This document shows positions 1 to 15,000 of a DNA stretch of 64,000 nucleotides, one piece after another (positions within the stretch are counted from its first letter, which is position 1; the number at the start of each line of letters is the position of its first letter). Under the pieces are notes generated by a model. The model was not told where the DNA came from, made no database searches, and saw only the letters and a program-made list of their open reading frames with translations. A program made the translations under genes and the position numbers. Location: the NCBI GenBank assembly GCA_964016885.1, contig OZ024751.1, forward strand, positions 4,774,001 through 4,838,000, read 5' to 3'. The stretch is from Eledone cirrhosa. Lineage: Eukaryota.

Positions 1-3000
1 CAGAGTCTCTTTACAGTGTCTTATGTCTGCAGAGTCTCTTTACAGTGTCTTATGTCTGCAGAGTCTCTTTACAGTGTCTTATGTCTGCAGAGTCTCTTTA
101 CAGTGTCTTATGTCTGCAGAGTCTCTTTACAGTGTCTTATGTCTGCCGAGTCTCTTTACAGTGTCTTATGTCTGCAGAGTCTCTTTACAGTGTCTTATGT
201 CTGCAGAGTGTCTTTACAGTGTCTTATGTCTACAGAGTCTCTTTACAGTGTCTTATATCTGCAGAGTCTCTTTACAGTGTCTTATGTCTGCAGAGTCTCT
301 TTACAGTGTCTTATGTCTGCCGAGTCTCTTTACAGTGTCTTATGTCTGCCGAGTCTCTTTACAGTGTCTTATGTCTGCAGAGTCTCTTTACAGTGTCTTA
401 TGTCTGCAGAGTCTCTTTACAGTGTCTTATGTCTGCAGAGTCTCTTTACAGTGTCTTATGTCAACAGAGTCTCTTTACAGTGTCTTATGTCTGCAGAGTC
501 TCTTTACAGTGTCTTATGTCTACCGAGTCTCTTTACAGTGTCTTATGTCTGCAGAGTCTCTTTACAGTGTCTTATGTCCGCAGAGTCTCTTTACAGTGTC
601 TTATGTCTGCCGAGTTTCTTTACAGTGTCTTATGTCTGCAGAGTCTCTTTACAGTGTCTTATGTCTGCAGAGTCTCTTTACAGTGTCTTATGTCTTCAGA
701 GTCTCTTTACAGTGTCTTATGTCTGCCGAGTCTCTTTACAGTGTCTTATGTCTGCAGAGTCTCTTTACAGTGTCTTATGTCTGCAGAGTCTCTTTACAGT
801 GTCTTATGTCTGCCGAGTCTCTTTACAGTGTCTTATGTCTGCAGAGTCTCTTTACAGTGTCTTATGTCTGCATAGTCTCTTTACAGTGTCTTATGTCTGC
901 TGAGTCTCTTTACAGTGTCTTATGTCTGCAGAGTCTCTTTACAGTGTCTTATGTCTGCAGAGTCTCTTGACAGTGTCTTATGTCTGCAGAGTCTCTTTAC
1001 AGTGTCTTATGTCTGCCGAGTCTCTTTACAGTGTCTTATGTCTGCAGAGTCTCTTTACAGTGTCTTATGTCTGCAGAGTCTCTTTACAGTGTCTTATGTC
1101 TGCAGAGTCTCTTTACAGTGTCTTATGTCTGCAGAGTCTCTTTACAGTGCCTTATGTCTGCCGAGTCTCTTTACAGTGTCTTATGTCTGCCGAGTCTCTT
1201 TACAGTGTCTTATGTCTGCAGAGTCTCTTTATAGTGTCTTATGTCTGCAGAGTCTCTTTACAGTGTCTTATGTCTGCCGAGTCTCTTTACAGTGTCTTAT
1301 GTCTGCAGAGTCTCTTTACAGTGTCTTATGTCTGCAGAGTCTCTTTACAGTGTCTTATGTCTGCAGAGTCTCTTTACAGTGTCTTATGTCTGCCGAGTCT
1401 CTTTACAGTGTCTTATGTCTGCAGAGTCTCTTTACAGTGTCTTATGTCTGCAGAGTCTCTTTACAGTGTCTTATGTCTGCAGAGTCTCTTTACAGTGTCT
1501 TATGTCTGCAGAGTCTCTTTACAGTGTCTTATGTCTGCCGAGTCTCTTTACAGTGTCTTATGTCTGCCGAATCTCTTTACAGTGTCTTATGTCTGCCGAG
1601 TCTCTTTACAGTGTCTTATGTCTGCAGAGTCTCTTTACAGTGTCTTATGTCTGCCGAGTCTCTTTACAGTGTCTTATGTCTGCAGAGTCTCTTTACAGTG
1701 TCTTATGTCTGCCGAGTCTCTTTACAGTGTCTTATGTCTGCCGAGTCTCTTTACAGTGTCTTATGTCTGCAGTGTCTCTTTACAGTGTCTTATGTCTGCA
1801 GAGTCTCTTTACAGTGTCTTATGTCTGCAGAGTCCCTTTACAGTGTCTTATGTCTGCCGAGTCTCTTTACAGTGTCTTATGTCTGCAGAGTCTCTTTACA
1901 GTGTCTTATGTCTGCAGAGTCTCTTTACAGTGTCTTATGTCTGCAGAGTCTCTTTACAGTGTCTTATGTCTGCAGGGTCTCTTTACAGTGTCTTATGTCT
2001 GCAGAGTCTCTTTACAGTGTCTTATGTCTGCCGAGTCTCTTTACAGTGTCTTATGTCTGCAGAGTCTCTTTACAGTGTCTTATGTCTGCAGAGTCTCTTT
2101 ACAGTGTCTTATGTCTGCAGAGTCTCTTTACAGTGTCTTATGTCTGCAGAGTCTCTTTACAGTGTCTTATGTCTGCCGAGTCTCTTTACAGTGTCTTATG
2201 TCTGCCGAATCTCTTTACAGTGTCTTATGTCTGCCGAGTCTCTTTACAGTGTCTTATGTCTGCAGAGTCTCTTTACAGTGTCTTATGTCTGCCGAGTCTC
2301 TTTACAGTGTCTTATGTCTGCAGAGTCTCTTTACAGTGTCTTATGTCTGCCGAGTCTCTTTACAGTGTCTTATGTCTGCCGAGTCTCTTTACAGTGTCTT
2401 ATGTCTGCAGTGTCTCTTTACAGTGTCTTATGTCTGCAGAGTCTCTTTACAGTGTCTTATGTCTGCAGAGTCCCTTTACAGTGTCTTATGTCTGCAGAGT
2501 CTCTTTACAGTGTCTTATGTCTGCAGAGTCCCTTTACAGTGTCTTATGTCTGCCGAGTCTCTTTACAGTGTCTTATGTCTGCAGAGTCTCTTTACAGTGT
2601 CTTATGTCTGCAGAGTCTCTTTACAGTGTCTTATGTCTGCCGAGTCTCTTTACAGTGTCTTATGTCTGCAGAGTCTCTTTACAGTGTCTTATGTCTGCCG
2701 AGTCTCTTTACAGTGTCTTATGTCTGCAGAGTCTCTTTACAGTGTCTTATGTCTGCAGAGTCTCTTTACAGTGTCTTATGTCTGCCGAGTCTCTTTACAG
2801 TGTCTTATGTCTGCAGAGTCTCTTTACAGTGTCTTATGTCTGCAGAGTCTCTTTACAGTGTCTTATGTCTGCAGAGTCTCTTTACAGTGTCTTATGTCTT
2901 CAGAGTCTCTTTACAGTGTCTTATGTCTGCCGAGTCTCTTTACAGTGTCTTATGTCTGCAGGGTCTCTTTACAGTGTCTTATGTCTGCAGGGTCTCTTTA

Positions 3001-6000
3001 CAGTGCCTTATGTCTGCCGAGTCTCTTTACAGTGTCTTATGTCTGCCGAGTCTCTTTACAGTGTCTTATGTCTGCAGAGTCTCTTTACAGTGTCTTATGT
3101 CTGCAGAGTCTCTTTACAGTGTCTTATGTCTGCCGAGTCTCTTTACAGTGTCTTATGTCTGCAGAGTCTCTTTACAGTGTCTTATGTCTGCAGAGTCTCT
3201 TTACAGTGTCTTATGTCTGCAGAGTCTCTTTACAGTGTCTTATGTCTGCAGAGTCTCTTTACAGTGTCTTATGTCTGCCGAGTCTCTTTACAGTGTCTTA
3301 TGTCTGCAGAGTCTCTTTACAGTGTCTTATGTCTGCAGAGTCTCTTTACAGTGTCTTATGTCTGCCGAGTCTCTTTACAGTGTCTTATGTCTGCAGAGTC
3401 TCTTTACAGTGTCTTATGTCTGCAGAGTCTCTTTACAGTGTCTTATGTCTGCAGAGTCTCTTTACAGTGTCTTATGTCTGCAGAGTCTCTTTACAGTGTC
3501 TTATGTCTGCCGAGTCTCTTTACAGTGTCTTATGTCTGCCGAGTCTCTTTACAGTGTCTTATGTCTGCCGAGTCTCTTTACAGTGTCTTATGTCTGCAGA
3601 GTCTCTTTTACAGTGTCTTATGTCTGCCGAGTCTCTTTACAGTGTCTTATGTCTGCCGAGTCTCTTTACAGTGTCTTATGTCTGCAGTGTCTCTTTACAG
3701 TGTCTTATGTCTGCAGAGTCTCTTTACAGTGTCTTATGTCTGCCGAGTCTCTTTACAGTGTCTTATGTCTGCAGAGTCTCTTTACAGTGTCTTATGTCTG
3801 CAGAGTCTCTTTACAGTGTCTTATGTCTGCCGAGTCTCTTTACAGTGTCTTATGTCTGCAGAGTCTCTTTACAGCGTCTTATGTCTGCCGAGTCTCTTTA
3901 CAGTGTCTTATGTCTGCAGAGTCTCTTTACAGTGCCTTATGTCTGCAGAGTCTCTTTACAGTGTCTTATGTCTGCCGAGTCTCTTTACAGTGTCTTATGT
4001 CTGCAGAGTCTCTTTACAGTGTCTTATGTCTGCAGAGTCTCTTTACAGTGTCTTATGTCTGCCGAGTCTCTTTACAGTGTCTTATGTCTGCAGAGTCTCT
4101 TTACAGTGTCTTATGTCTGCAGAGTCTCTTTACAGTGTCTTATGTCTGCCGAGTCTCTTTACAGTGTCTTATGTCTGCAGAGTCTCTTTACAGTGTCTTA
4201 TGTCTGCCGAGTCTCTTTACAGTGTCTTATGTCTGCAGAGTCTCTTTACAGTGTCTTATGTCTGCAGAGTCTCTTTACAGTGTCTTATGTCTGCAGAGTC
4301 TCTTTACAGTGTCTTATGTCTGCAGAGTCTCTTTACAGTGTCTTATGTCTACCGAGTCTCTTTACAGTGTCTTATGTCTGCAGAGTCTCTTTACAGTGTC
4401 TTATGTCTGCAGAGTCTCTTTACAGTGTCTTATGTCTGCAGAGTCTCTTTACAGTGTCTTATGTCTGCCGAGTCTCTTTACAGTGTCTTATGTCTGCAGA
4501 GTCTCTTTACAGTGTCTTATGTCTGCAGAGTCTCTTTACAGTGTCTTATGTCTGCAGAGTCTCTTTACAGTGTCTTATGTCTGCCGAGTCTCTTTACAGT
4601 GTCTTATGTCTGCCGAATCTCTTTACAGTGTCTTATGTCTGCCGAGTCTCTTTACAGTGTCTTATGTCTGCAGAGTCTCTTTACAGTGTCTTATGTCTGC
4701 CGAGTCTCTTTACAGTGTCTTATGTCTGCCGAGTCTCTTTACAGTGTCTTATGTCTGCAGTGTCTCTTTACAGTGTCTTATGTCTGCAGAGTCTCTTTAC
4801 AGTGTCTTATGTCTGCCGAGTCTCTTTACAGTGTCTTATGTCTGCAGAGTCTCTTTACAGTGTCTTATGTCTGCAGAGTCTCTTTACAGTGTCTTATGTC
4901 TGCCGAGTCTCTTTACAGTGTCTTATGTCTGCAGAGTCTCTTTACAGCGTCTTATGTCTGCCGAGTCTCTTTACAGTGTCTTATGTCTGCAGAGTCTCTT
5001 TACAGTGTCTTATGTCTGCAGAGTCTCTTTACAGTGTCTTATGTCTGCCGAGCCTCTTTACAGTGCCTTATGTCTGCAGAGTCTCTTTACAGTGTCTTAT
5101 GTCTGCCGAGTCTCTTTACAGTGTCTTATGTCTGCAGAGTCTCTTTACAGTGTCTTATGTCTGCCGAGTCTCTTTACAGTGCCTTATGTCTGCAGAGTCT
5201 CTTTACAGTGTCTTATGTCTGCAGAGTCTCTTTACAGTGTCTTATGTCTGCAGAGTCTCTTTACAGTGTCTTATGTCTGCAGAGTCTCTTTACAGTGTCT
5301 TATGTCTGCAGAGTCTCTTTACAGTGTCTTATGTCTGCCGAGTCTCTTTACAGTGCCTTATGTCTGCAGAGTCTCTTTACAGTGTCTTATGTCTGCAGAG
5401 TCTCTTTACAGTGTCTTATGTCTGCCGAGTCTCTTTACAGTGTCTTATGTCTGCCGAGTCTCTTTACAGTGTCTTATGTCTGCAGAGTCTCTTTACAGCG
5501 TCTTATGTCTGCCGAGTCTCTTTACAGTGTCTTATGTCTGCAGAGTCTCTTTACAGTGTCTTATGTCTGCAGAGTCTCTTTACAGTGTCTTATGTCTGCC
5601 GAGTCTCTTTACAGTGCCTTATGTCTGCAGAGTCTCTTTACAGTGTCTTATGTCTGCAGAGTCTCTTTACAGTGTCTTATGTCTGCCGAGTCTCTTTACA
5701 GTGTCCTTATGTCTGCAGAGTCTCTTTACAGTGTCTTATGTCTGCAGAGTCTCTTTACAGTGTCTTATGTCTGCCGAGTCTCTTTACAGTGCCTTATGTC
5801 TGCAGAGTCTCTTTACAGTGTCTTATGTCTGCAGAGTCTCTTTACAGTGTCTTATGTCTGCAGAGTCTCTTTACAGTGTCTTATGTCTGCCGAGTCTCTT
5901 TACAGTGTCTTATGTCTGCCGAGTCTCTTTACAGTGTCTTATGTCTGCCGAGTCTCTTTACAGTGTCTTATGTCTGCAGAGTCTCTTTAGAGTGTCTTAT

Positions 6001-9000
6001 GTCTGCCGAGTCTCTTTACAGTGTCTTATGTCTGCCGAGTCTCTTTACAGTGTCTTATGTCTGCAGAGTCTCTTTACAGTGTCTTATGTCTGCCGAGTCT
6101 CTTTACAGTGTCTTATGTCTGCAGAGTCTCTTTACAGTGTCTTATGTCTGCCGAGTCTCTTTACAGTGTCTTATGTCTGCCGAGTCTCTTTACAGTGTCT
6201 TATGTCTGCCGAGTCTCTTTACAGTGTCTTATGTCTGCAGAGTCTCTTTACAGTGTCTTATGTCTGCAGAGTCTCTTTACAGTGTCTTATGTCTGCAGAG
6301 TCTCTTTACAGTGTCTTATGTCTGCAGAGTCTCTTTACAGTGTCTTATGTCAACAGAGTCTCTTTACAGTGTCTTATGTCTGCAGAGTCTCTTTACAGTG
6401 TCTTATGTCTGCCGAGTCTCTTTACAGTGTCTTATGTCTGCAGAGTCTCTTTACAGTGTCTTATGTCTGCAGAGTCCTCTTTACAGTGTCTTATGTCTGC
6501 CGAGTCTCTTTACAGTGTCTTATGTCTGCAGAGTCTCTTTACAGTGTCTTATGTCTGCAGAGTCTCTTTACAGTGTCTTATGTCTGCCGAGTCTCTTTAC
6601 AGTGTCTTATGTCTGCAGAGTCTCTTTACAGTGTCTTATGTCTGCAGAGTCTCTTTACAGTGTCTTATGTCCGCTGAGTCTCTTTACAGTGTCTTATGTC
6701 TGCAGAGTCTCTTTACAGTGTCTTATGTCTGCAGAGTCTCTTTACAGTGTCTTATGTCTGCAGAGTCTCTTTACAGTGTCTTATGTCTGCCGAGTCTCTT
6801 TACAGTGTCTTATGTCTGCAGAGTCTCTTTACAGTGTCTTATGTCTGCAGAGTCTCTTTACAGTGTCTTATGTCTGCAGAGTCTCTTTACAGTGTCTTAT
6901 GTCTGCAGAGTTTCTTTACAGTGTCTTATGTCTGCCGAGTCTCTTTACAGTGTCTTATGTCTGCAGAGTCTCTTTACAGTGCCTTATGTCTGCCGAGTCT
7001 CTTTACAGTGTCTTATGTCTGCCGAGTCTCTTTACAGTGTCTTATGTCTGCAGAGTCTCTTTACAGTGTCTTATGTCTGCAGAGTCTCTTTACAGTGTCT
7101 TATGTCTGCCGAGTCTCTTTACAGTGTCTTATGTCTGCAGAGTCTCTTTACAGTGTCTTATGTCTGCAGAGTCTCTTTACAGTGTCTTATGTCTGCAGAG
7201 TCTCTTTACAGTGTCTTATGTCTGCCGAGTCTCTTTACAGTGTCTTATGTCTGCAGAGTCTCTTTACAGTGTCTTATGTCTGCAGAGTCTCTTTACAGTG
7301 TCTTATGTCTGCAGAGTCTCTTTACAGTGTCTTATGTCTGCAGAGTCTCTTTACAGTGTCTTATGTCTGCCGAGTCTCTTTACAGTGTCTTATGTCTGCC
7401 GAATCTCTTTACAGTGTCTTATGTCTGCCGAGTCTCTTTACAGTGTCTTATGTCTGCAGAGTCTCTTTACAGTGTCTTATGTCTGCCGAGTCTCTTTACA
7501 GTGTCTTATGTCTGCCGAGTCTCTTTACAGTGTCTTATGTCTGCAGTGTCTCTTTACAGTGTCTTATGTCTGCAGAGTCTCTTTACAGTGTCTTATGTCT
7601 GCAGAGTCCCTTTACAGTGTCTTATGTCTGCGGAGTCTCTTTACAGTGTCTTATGTCTGCAGAGTCTCTTTACAGCGTCTTATGTCTGCCGAGTCTCTTT
7701 ACAGTGTCTTATGTCTGCAGAGTCTCTTTACAGTGTCTTATGTCTGCAGAGTCTCTTTACAGTGCCTTATGTCTGCCGAGTCTCTTCACAGTGTCTTATG
7801 GTCTGCCGAGTCTCTTTACAGTGTCTTATGTCTGCAGAGTCTCTTTACAGTGTCTTATGTCTGCAGAGTCTCTTTACAGTGTCTTATGTCTGCAGAGTCT
7901 CTTTACAGTGTCTTATGTCTGCCGAGTCTCTTTACAGTGTCTTATGTCTGCAGAGTCTCTTTACAGTGTCTTATGTCTGCAGAGTCTCTTTACAGTGTCT
8001 TATGTCTGCAGAGTCTCTTTACAGTGTCTTATGTCTGCAGAGTCTCTTTACGGTGTCTTATGTCTGCAGAGTCTCTTTACAGTGTCTTATGTCTGCAGAG
8101 TCTCTTTACAGTGTCTTATGTCTGCCGAGTCTCTTTACAGTGTCTTATGTCTGCAGAGTCTCTTTACAGTGTCTTATGTCTGCAGAGTCTCTTTACAGTG
8201 TCTTATGTCTGCAGAGTCTCTTTACAGTGTCTTATGTCTGCCGAGTCTCTTTACAGTGTCTTATGTCTGCAGAGTCTCTTTACAGTGTCTTATGTCTGCA
8301 GAGTCTCTTTACAGTGTCTTATGTCTGCAGAGTCTCTTTACAGTGTCTTATGTCTGCCGAGTCTCTTTACAGTGTCTTATGTCTGCCGAATCTCTTTACA
8401 GTGTCTTATCTCTGCCGAGTCTCTTTACAGTGTCTTATGTCTGCAGAGTCTCTTTACAGTGTCTTATGTCTGCCGAGTCTCTTTACAGTGTCTTATGTCT
8501 GCCGAGTCTCTTTACAGTGTCTTATGTCTGCAGAGTCTCTTTACAGTGTCTTATGTCTGCCGAGTCTCTTTACAGTGTCTTATGTCTGCAGAGTCTCTTT
8601 ACAGTGTCTTATGTCTGCAGAGTCTCTTTACAGTGTCTTATGTCTGCAGAGTCTCTTTACAGTGTCTTATGTCTGCAGAGTCTCTTTACAGTGTCTTATG
8701 TCTGCCGAGTCTCTTTACAGTGTCTTATGTCTGCCGAGTCTCTTTACAGTGTCTTATGTCTGCAGAGTCTCTTTACAGTGTCTTATGTCTGCCGAGTCTC
8801 TTTACAGTGTCTTATGTCTGCAGAGTCTCTTTACAGTGTCTTATGTCTGCCGAGTCTCTTTACAGTGTCTTATGTCTGCAGAGTCTCTTTACAGTGTCTT
8901 ATGTCTGCAGAGTCTCTTTACAGTGTCTTATGTCTGCCGAGTCTCTTTACAGTGTCTTATGTCTGCAGAGTCTCTTTACAGTGTCTTATGTCTGCAGAGT

Positions 9001-12000
9001 CTCTTTACAGTGTCTTATGTCTGCAGAGTCTCTTTACAGTGTCTTATGTCTGCAGAGTCTCTTTACAGTGTCTTATGTCTGCAGAGTCTCTTTACAGTGT
9101 CTTATGTCTGCAGAGTCTCTTTACAGTGTCTTATGTCTGCAGAGTCTCTTTACAGTGTCTTATGTCTGCCGAGTCTCTTTACAGTGTCTTATGTCTGCAG
9201 AGTCTCTTTACAGTGTCTTATGTCTGCAGAGTCTCTTTACAGTGTCTTATGTCTGCAGAGTCTCTTTACAGTGTCTTATGTCTGCAGAGTCTCTTTACAG
9301 TGTCTTATGTCTGCCGAGTCTCTTTACAGTGTCTTATGTCTGCCGAATCTCTTTACAGTGTCTTATGTCTGCCGAGTCTCTTTACAGTGTCTTATGTCTG
9401 CAGAGTCTCTTTACAGTGTCTTATGTCTGCCGAGTCTCTTTACAGTGTCTTATGTCTGCCGAGTCTCTTTACAGTGTCTTATGTCTGCAGTGTCTCTTTA
9501 CAGTGTCTTATGTCTGCAGAGTCTCTTTACAGTGTCTTATGTCTGCCGAGTCTCTTTACAGTGTCTTATGTCTGCAGAGTCTCTTTACAGTGTCTTATGT
9601 CTGCAGAGTCTCTTTACAGTGTCTTATGTCTGCCGAGTCTCTTTACAGTGTCTTATGTCTGCAGAGTCTCTTTACAGTGTCTTATGTCTGCAGAGTCTCT
9701 TTACAGTGTCTTATGTCTGCCGAGTCTCTTTACAGTGTCTTATGTCTGCAGAGTCTCTTTACAGTGTCTTATGTCTGCAGAGTCTCTTTACAGTGTCTTA
9801 TGTCTGCAGAGTCTCTTTACAGTGTCTTATGTCTGCAGAGTCTCTTTACGGTGTCTTATGTCTGCAGAGTCTCTTTACAGTGTCTTATGTCTGCCGAGTC
9901 TCTTTACAGTGTCTTATGTCTGCAGAGTCTCTTTACAGTGTCTTATGTCTGCAGAGTCTCTTTACAGTGTCTTATGTCTGCCGAGTCTCTTTACAGTGTC
10001 TTATGTCTGCAGAGTCTCTTTACAGTGTCTTATGTCTGCAGAGTCTCTTTACAGTGTCTTATGTCTGCAGAGTCTCTTTACAGTGTCTTATGTCTGCAGA
10101 GTCTCTTTACAGTGTCTTATGTCTGCCGAGTCTCTTTACAGTGTCTTATGTCTGCAGAGTCTCTTTACAGTGTCTTATGTCTGCAGAGTCTCTTTACAGT
10201 GTCTTATGTCTGCCGAGTCTCTTTACAGTGTCTTATGTCTGCAGAGTCTCTTTACAGTGTCTTATGTCTGCAGAGTCTCTTTACAGTGTCTTATGTCTGC
10301 AGAGTCTCTTTACAGTGTCTTATGTCTGCAGAGTCTCTTTACAGTGTCTTATGTCTGCCGAGTCTCTTTACAGTGTCTTATGTCTGCCGAATCTCTTTAC
10401 AGTGTCTTATGTCTGCCGAGTCTCTTTACAGTGTCTTATGTCTGCAGAGTCTCTTTACAGTGTCTTATGTCTGCCGAGTCTCTTTACAGTGTCTTATGTC
10501 TGCCGAGTCTCTTTACAGTGTCTTATGTCTGCAGTGTCTCTTTACAGTGTCTTATGTCTGCAGAGTCTCTTTACAGTGTCTTATGTCTGCCGAGTCTCTT
10601 TACAGTGTCTTATGTCTGCAGAGTCTCTTTACAGTGTCTTATGTCTGCAGAGTCTCTTTACAGTGTCTTATGTCTGCCGAGTCTCTTTACAGTGTCTTAT
10701 GTCTGCAGAGTCTCTTTACAGTGTCTTATGTCTGCAGAGTCTCTTTACAGTGTCTTATGTCTGCCGAGTCTCTTTACAGTGTCTTATGTCTGCAGAGTCT
10801 CTTTACAGTGTCTTATGTCTGCAGAGTCTCTTTACAGTGTCTTATGTCTGCAGAGTCTCTTTACAGTGTCTTATGTCTGCAGAGTCTCTTTACGGTGTCT
10901 TATGTCTGCAGAGTCTCTTTACAGTGTCTTATGTCTGCAGAGTCTCTTTACAGTGTCTTATGTCTGCCGAGTCTCTTTACAGTGTCTTATGTCTGCAGAG
11001 TCTCTTTACAGTGTCTTATGTCTGCAGAGTCTCTTTACAGTGTCTTATGTCTGCAGAGTCTCTTTACAGTGTCTTATGTCTGCCGAGTCTCTTTACAGTG
11101 TCTTATGTCTGCAGAGTCTCTTTACAGTGTCTTATGTCTGCAGAGTCTCTTTACAGTGTCTTATGTCTGCAGAGTCTCTTTACAGTGTCTTATGTCTGCC
11201 GAGTCTCTTTACAGTGTCTTATGTCTGCCGAATCTCTTTACAGTGTCTTATCTCTGCCGAGTCTCTTTACAGTGTCTTATGTCTGCAGAGTCTCTTTACA
11301 GTGTCTTATGTCTGCCGAGTCTCTTTACAGTGTCTTATGTCTGCAGAGTCTCTTTACAGTGTCTTATGTCTGCCGAGTCTCTTTACAGTGTCTTATGTCT
11401 GCAGAGTCTCTTTACAGTGTCTTATGTCTGCAGAGTCTCTTTACAGTGTCTTATGTCTGCAGAGTCTCTTTACAGTGTCTTATGTCTGCAGAGTCTCTTT
11501 ACAGTGTCTTATGTCTGCCGAGTCTCTTTACAGTGTCTTATGTCTGCCGAGTCTCTTTACAGTGTCTTATGTCTGCAGAGTCTCTTTACAGTGTCTTATG
11601 TCTGCCGAGTCTCTTTACAGTGTCTTATGTCTGCAGAGTCTCTTTACAGTGTCTTATGTCTGCCGAGTCTCTTTACAGTGTCTTATGTCTGCAGAGTCTC
11701 TTTACAGTGTCTTATGTCTGCAGAGTCTCTTTACAGTGTCTTATGTCTGCCGAGTCTCTTTACAGTGTCTTATGTCTGCAGAGTCTCTTTACAGTGTCTT
11801 ATGTCTGCAGAGTCTCTTTACAGTGTCTTATGTCTGCAGAGTCTCTTTACAGTGTCTTATGTCTGCAGAGTCTCTTTACAGTGTCTTATGTCTGCCGAGT
11901 CTCTTTACAGTGTCTTATGTCTGCAGAGTCTCTTTACAGTGTCTTATGTCTGCAGAGTCTCTTTACAGTGTCTTATGTCTGCCGAGTCTCTTTACAGTGT

Positions 12001-15000
12001 CTTATGTCTGCAGAGTCTCTTTACAGTGTCTTATGTCTGCAGAGTCTCTTTACAGTGTCTTATGTCTGCAGAGTCTCTTTACAGTGTCTTATGTCTGCAG
12101 AGTCTCTTTACAGTGTCTTATGTCTGCCGAGTCTCTTTACAGTGTCTTATGTCTGCCGAATCTCTTTACAGTGTCTTATGTCTGCCGAGTCTCTTTACAG
12201 TGTCTTATGTCTGCAGAGTCTCTTTACAGTGTCTTATGTCTGCCGAGTCTCTTTACAGTGTCTTATGTCTGCCGAGTCTCTTTACAGTGTCTTATGTCTG
12301 CAGTGTCTCTTTACAGTGTCTTATGTCTGCAGAGTCTCTTTACAGTGTCTTATGTCTGCCGAGTCTCTTTACAGTGTCTTATGTCTGCAGAGTCTCTTTA
12401 CAGTGTCTTATGTCTGCAGAGTCTCTTTACAGTGTCTTATGTCTGCAGAGTCTCTTTACAGTGTCTTATGTCTGCAGAGTCTCTTTACAGTGTCTTATGT
12501 CTGCCGAGTCTCTTTACAGTGTCTTATGTCTGCAGTCTCTTTACAGTGTCTTCATGTCTGCCGAGTCTCTTTACAGTGTCTTATGTCTGCAGAGTCTCTT
12601 TACAGTGTCTTATGTCTGCCGAGTCTCTTTACAGTGTCTTATGTCTGCAGAGTCTCTTTACAGTGTCTTATGTCTGCCGAGTCTCTTTACAGTGTCTTAT
12701 GTCTGCAGAGTCTCTTTACAGTGTCTTATGTCTGCAGAGTCCTCTTTACAGTGTCTTATGTCTGCCGAGTCTCTTTACAGTGTCTTATGTCTGCAGAGTC
12801 TCTTTACAGTGTCTTATGTCTGCAGAGTCTCTTTACAGTGTCTTATGTCTGCAGAGTCTCTTTACAGTGTCTTATGTCTGCAGAGTCTCTTTACAGTGTC
12901 TTATGTCTGCCGAGTCTCTTTACAGTGTCTTATGTCTGCAGAGTCTCTTTACAGTGTCTTATGTCTGCAGAGTCTCTTTACAGTGTCTTATGTCTGCAGA
13001 GTCTCTTTACAGTGTCTTATGTCTGCAGAGTCTCTTTACAGTGTCTTATGTCTGCAGAGTCTCTTTACAGTGTCTTATGTCTACCGAGTCTCTTTACAGT
13101 GTCTTATGTCTGCAGAGTCTCTTTACAGTGTCTTATGTCTGCAGAGTCTCTTTACAGTGTCTTATGTCTGCAGAGTCTCTTTACAGTGTCTTATGTCTGC
13201 CGAGTCTCTTTACAGTGTCTTATGTCTGCAGAGTCTCTTTACAGTGTCTTATGTCTGCAGAGTCTCTTTACAGTGTCTTATGTCTGCAGAGTCTCTTTAC
13301 AGTGTCTTATGTCTGCCGAGTCTCTTTACAGTGTCTTATGTCTGCAGAGTCTCTTTACAGTGTCTTATGTCTGCCGAGTCTCTTTACAGTGTCTTATGTC
13401 TGCCGAATCTCTTTACAGTGTCTTATGTCTGCCGAGTCTCTTTACAGTGTCTTATGTCTGCAGAGTCTCTTTACAGTGTCTTATGTCTGCAGAGTCTCTT
13501 TACAGTGTCTTATGTCTGCCGAGTCTCTTTACAGTGTCTTATGTCTGCAGAGTCTCTTTACAGTGTCTTATGTCTGCAGAGTCTCTTTACAGTGTCTTAT
13601 GTCTGCAGAGTCTCTTTACAGTGTCTTATGTCTGCCGAGTCTCTTTACAGTGTCTTATGTCTGCAGAGTCTCTTTACAGTGTCTTATGTCTGCCGAGTCT
13701 CTTTACAGTGTCTTATGTCTGCGAATCTCTTTACAGTGTCTTATGTCTGCCGAGTCTCTTTACAGTGTCTTATGTCTGCAGAGTCTCTTTACAGTGTCTT
13801 ATGTCTGCCGAGTCTCTTTACAGTGTCTTATGTCTGCCGAGTCTCTTACAGTGTCTTATGTCTGCAGTGTCTCTTTACAGTGTCTTATGTCTGCAGAGTC
13901 TCTTTACAGTGTCTTATGTCTGCCGAGTCCTCTTTACAGTGTCTTATGTCTGCAGAGTCTCTTTACAGTGTCTTATGTCTGCAGAGTCTCTTTACAGTGT
14001 CTTATGTCTGCCGAGTCTCTTTACAGTGTCTTATGTCTGCAGAGTCTCTTTACAGTGTCTTATGTCTGCCGAGTCTCTTTACAGTGTCTTATGTCTGCAG
14101 AGTCTCTTTACAGTGTCCTTATGTCTGCAGAGTCTCTTTACAGTGTCTTATGTCTGCCGAGTCCTCTTTACAGTGTCTTATGTCTGCAGAGTCTCTTTAC
14201 AGTGTCTTATGTCTGCAGAGTCTCTTTACAGTGTCTTATGTCTGCCGAGTCTCTTTGCAGTGCCTTATGTCTGCAGAGTCTCTTTACAGTGTCTTATGTC
14301 TGCAGAGTCTCTTTACAGTGTCTTATGTCTGCCGAATCTCTTTACAGTGTCTTATGTCTGCCGAGTCTCTTTACAGTGTCTTATGTCTGCAGAGTCTCTT
14401 TACAGCGTCTTATGTCTGCCGAGTCTCTTTACAGTGTCTTATGTCTGCAGAGTCTCTTTACAGTGTCTTATGTCTGCAGAGTCTCTTTACAGTGTCTTAT
14501 GTCTGCCGAGTCTCTTTACAGTGCCTTATGTCTGCAGAGTCTCTTTACAGTGTCTTATGTCTGCAGAGTCTCTTTACAGTGTCTTATGTCTGCCGAGTCT
14601 CTTTACAGTGCCTTATGTTTGCAGAGTCTCTTTACAGTGTCTTATGTCTGCAGAGTCTCTTTACAGTGTCTTATGTCTGCCGAGTCTCTTTACAGTGCCT
14701 TATGTCTGCAGAGTCTCTTTACAGTGTCTTATGTCTGCAGAGTCTCTTTACAGTGTCTTATGTCTGCAGAGTCTCTTTACAGTGTCTTATGTCTGCCGAG
14801 TCTCTTTACAGTGTCTTATGTCTGCCGAATCTCTTTACAGTGTCTTATGTCTGCCGAGTCTCTTTACAGTGTCTTATGTCTGCAGAGTCTCTTTAGCGAG
14901 TGTCTTATGTCTGCCGAGTCTCTTTACAGTGTCTTATGTCTGCCGAGTCTCTTTACAGTGTCTTATGTCTGCAGAGTCTCTTTACAGTGTCTTATGTCTG

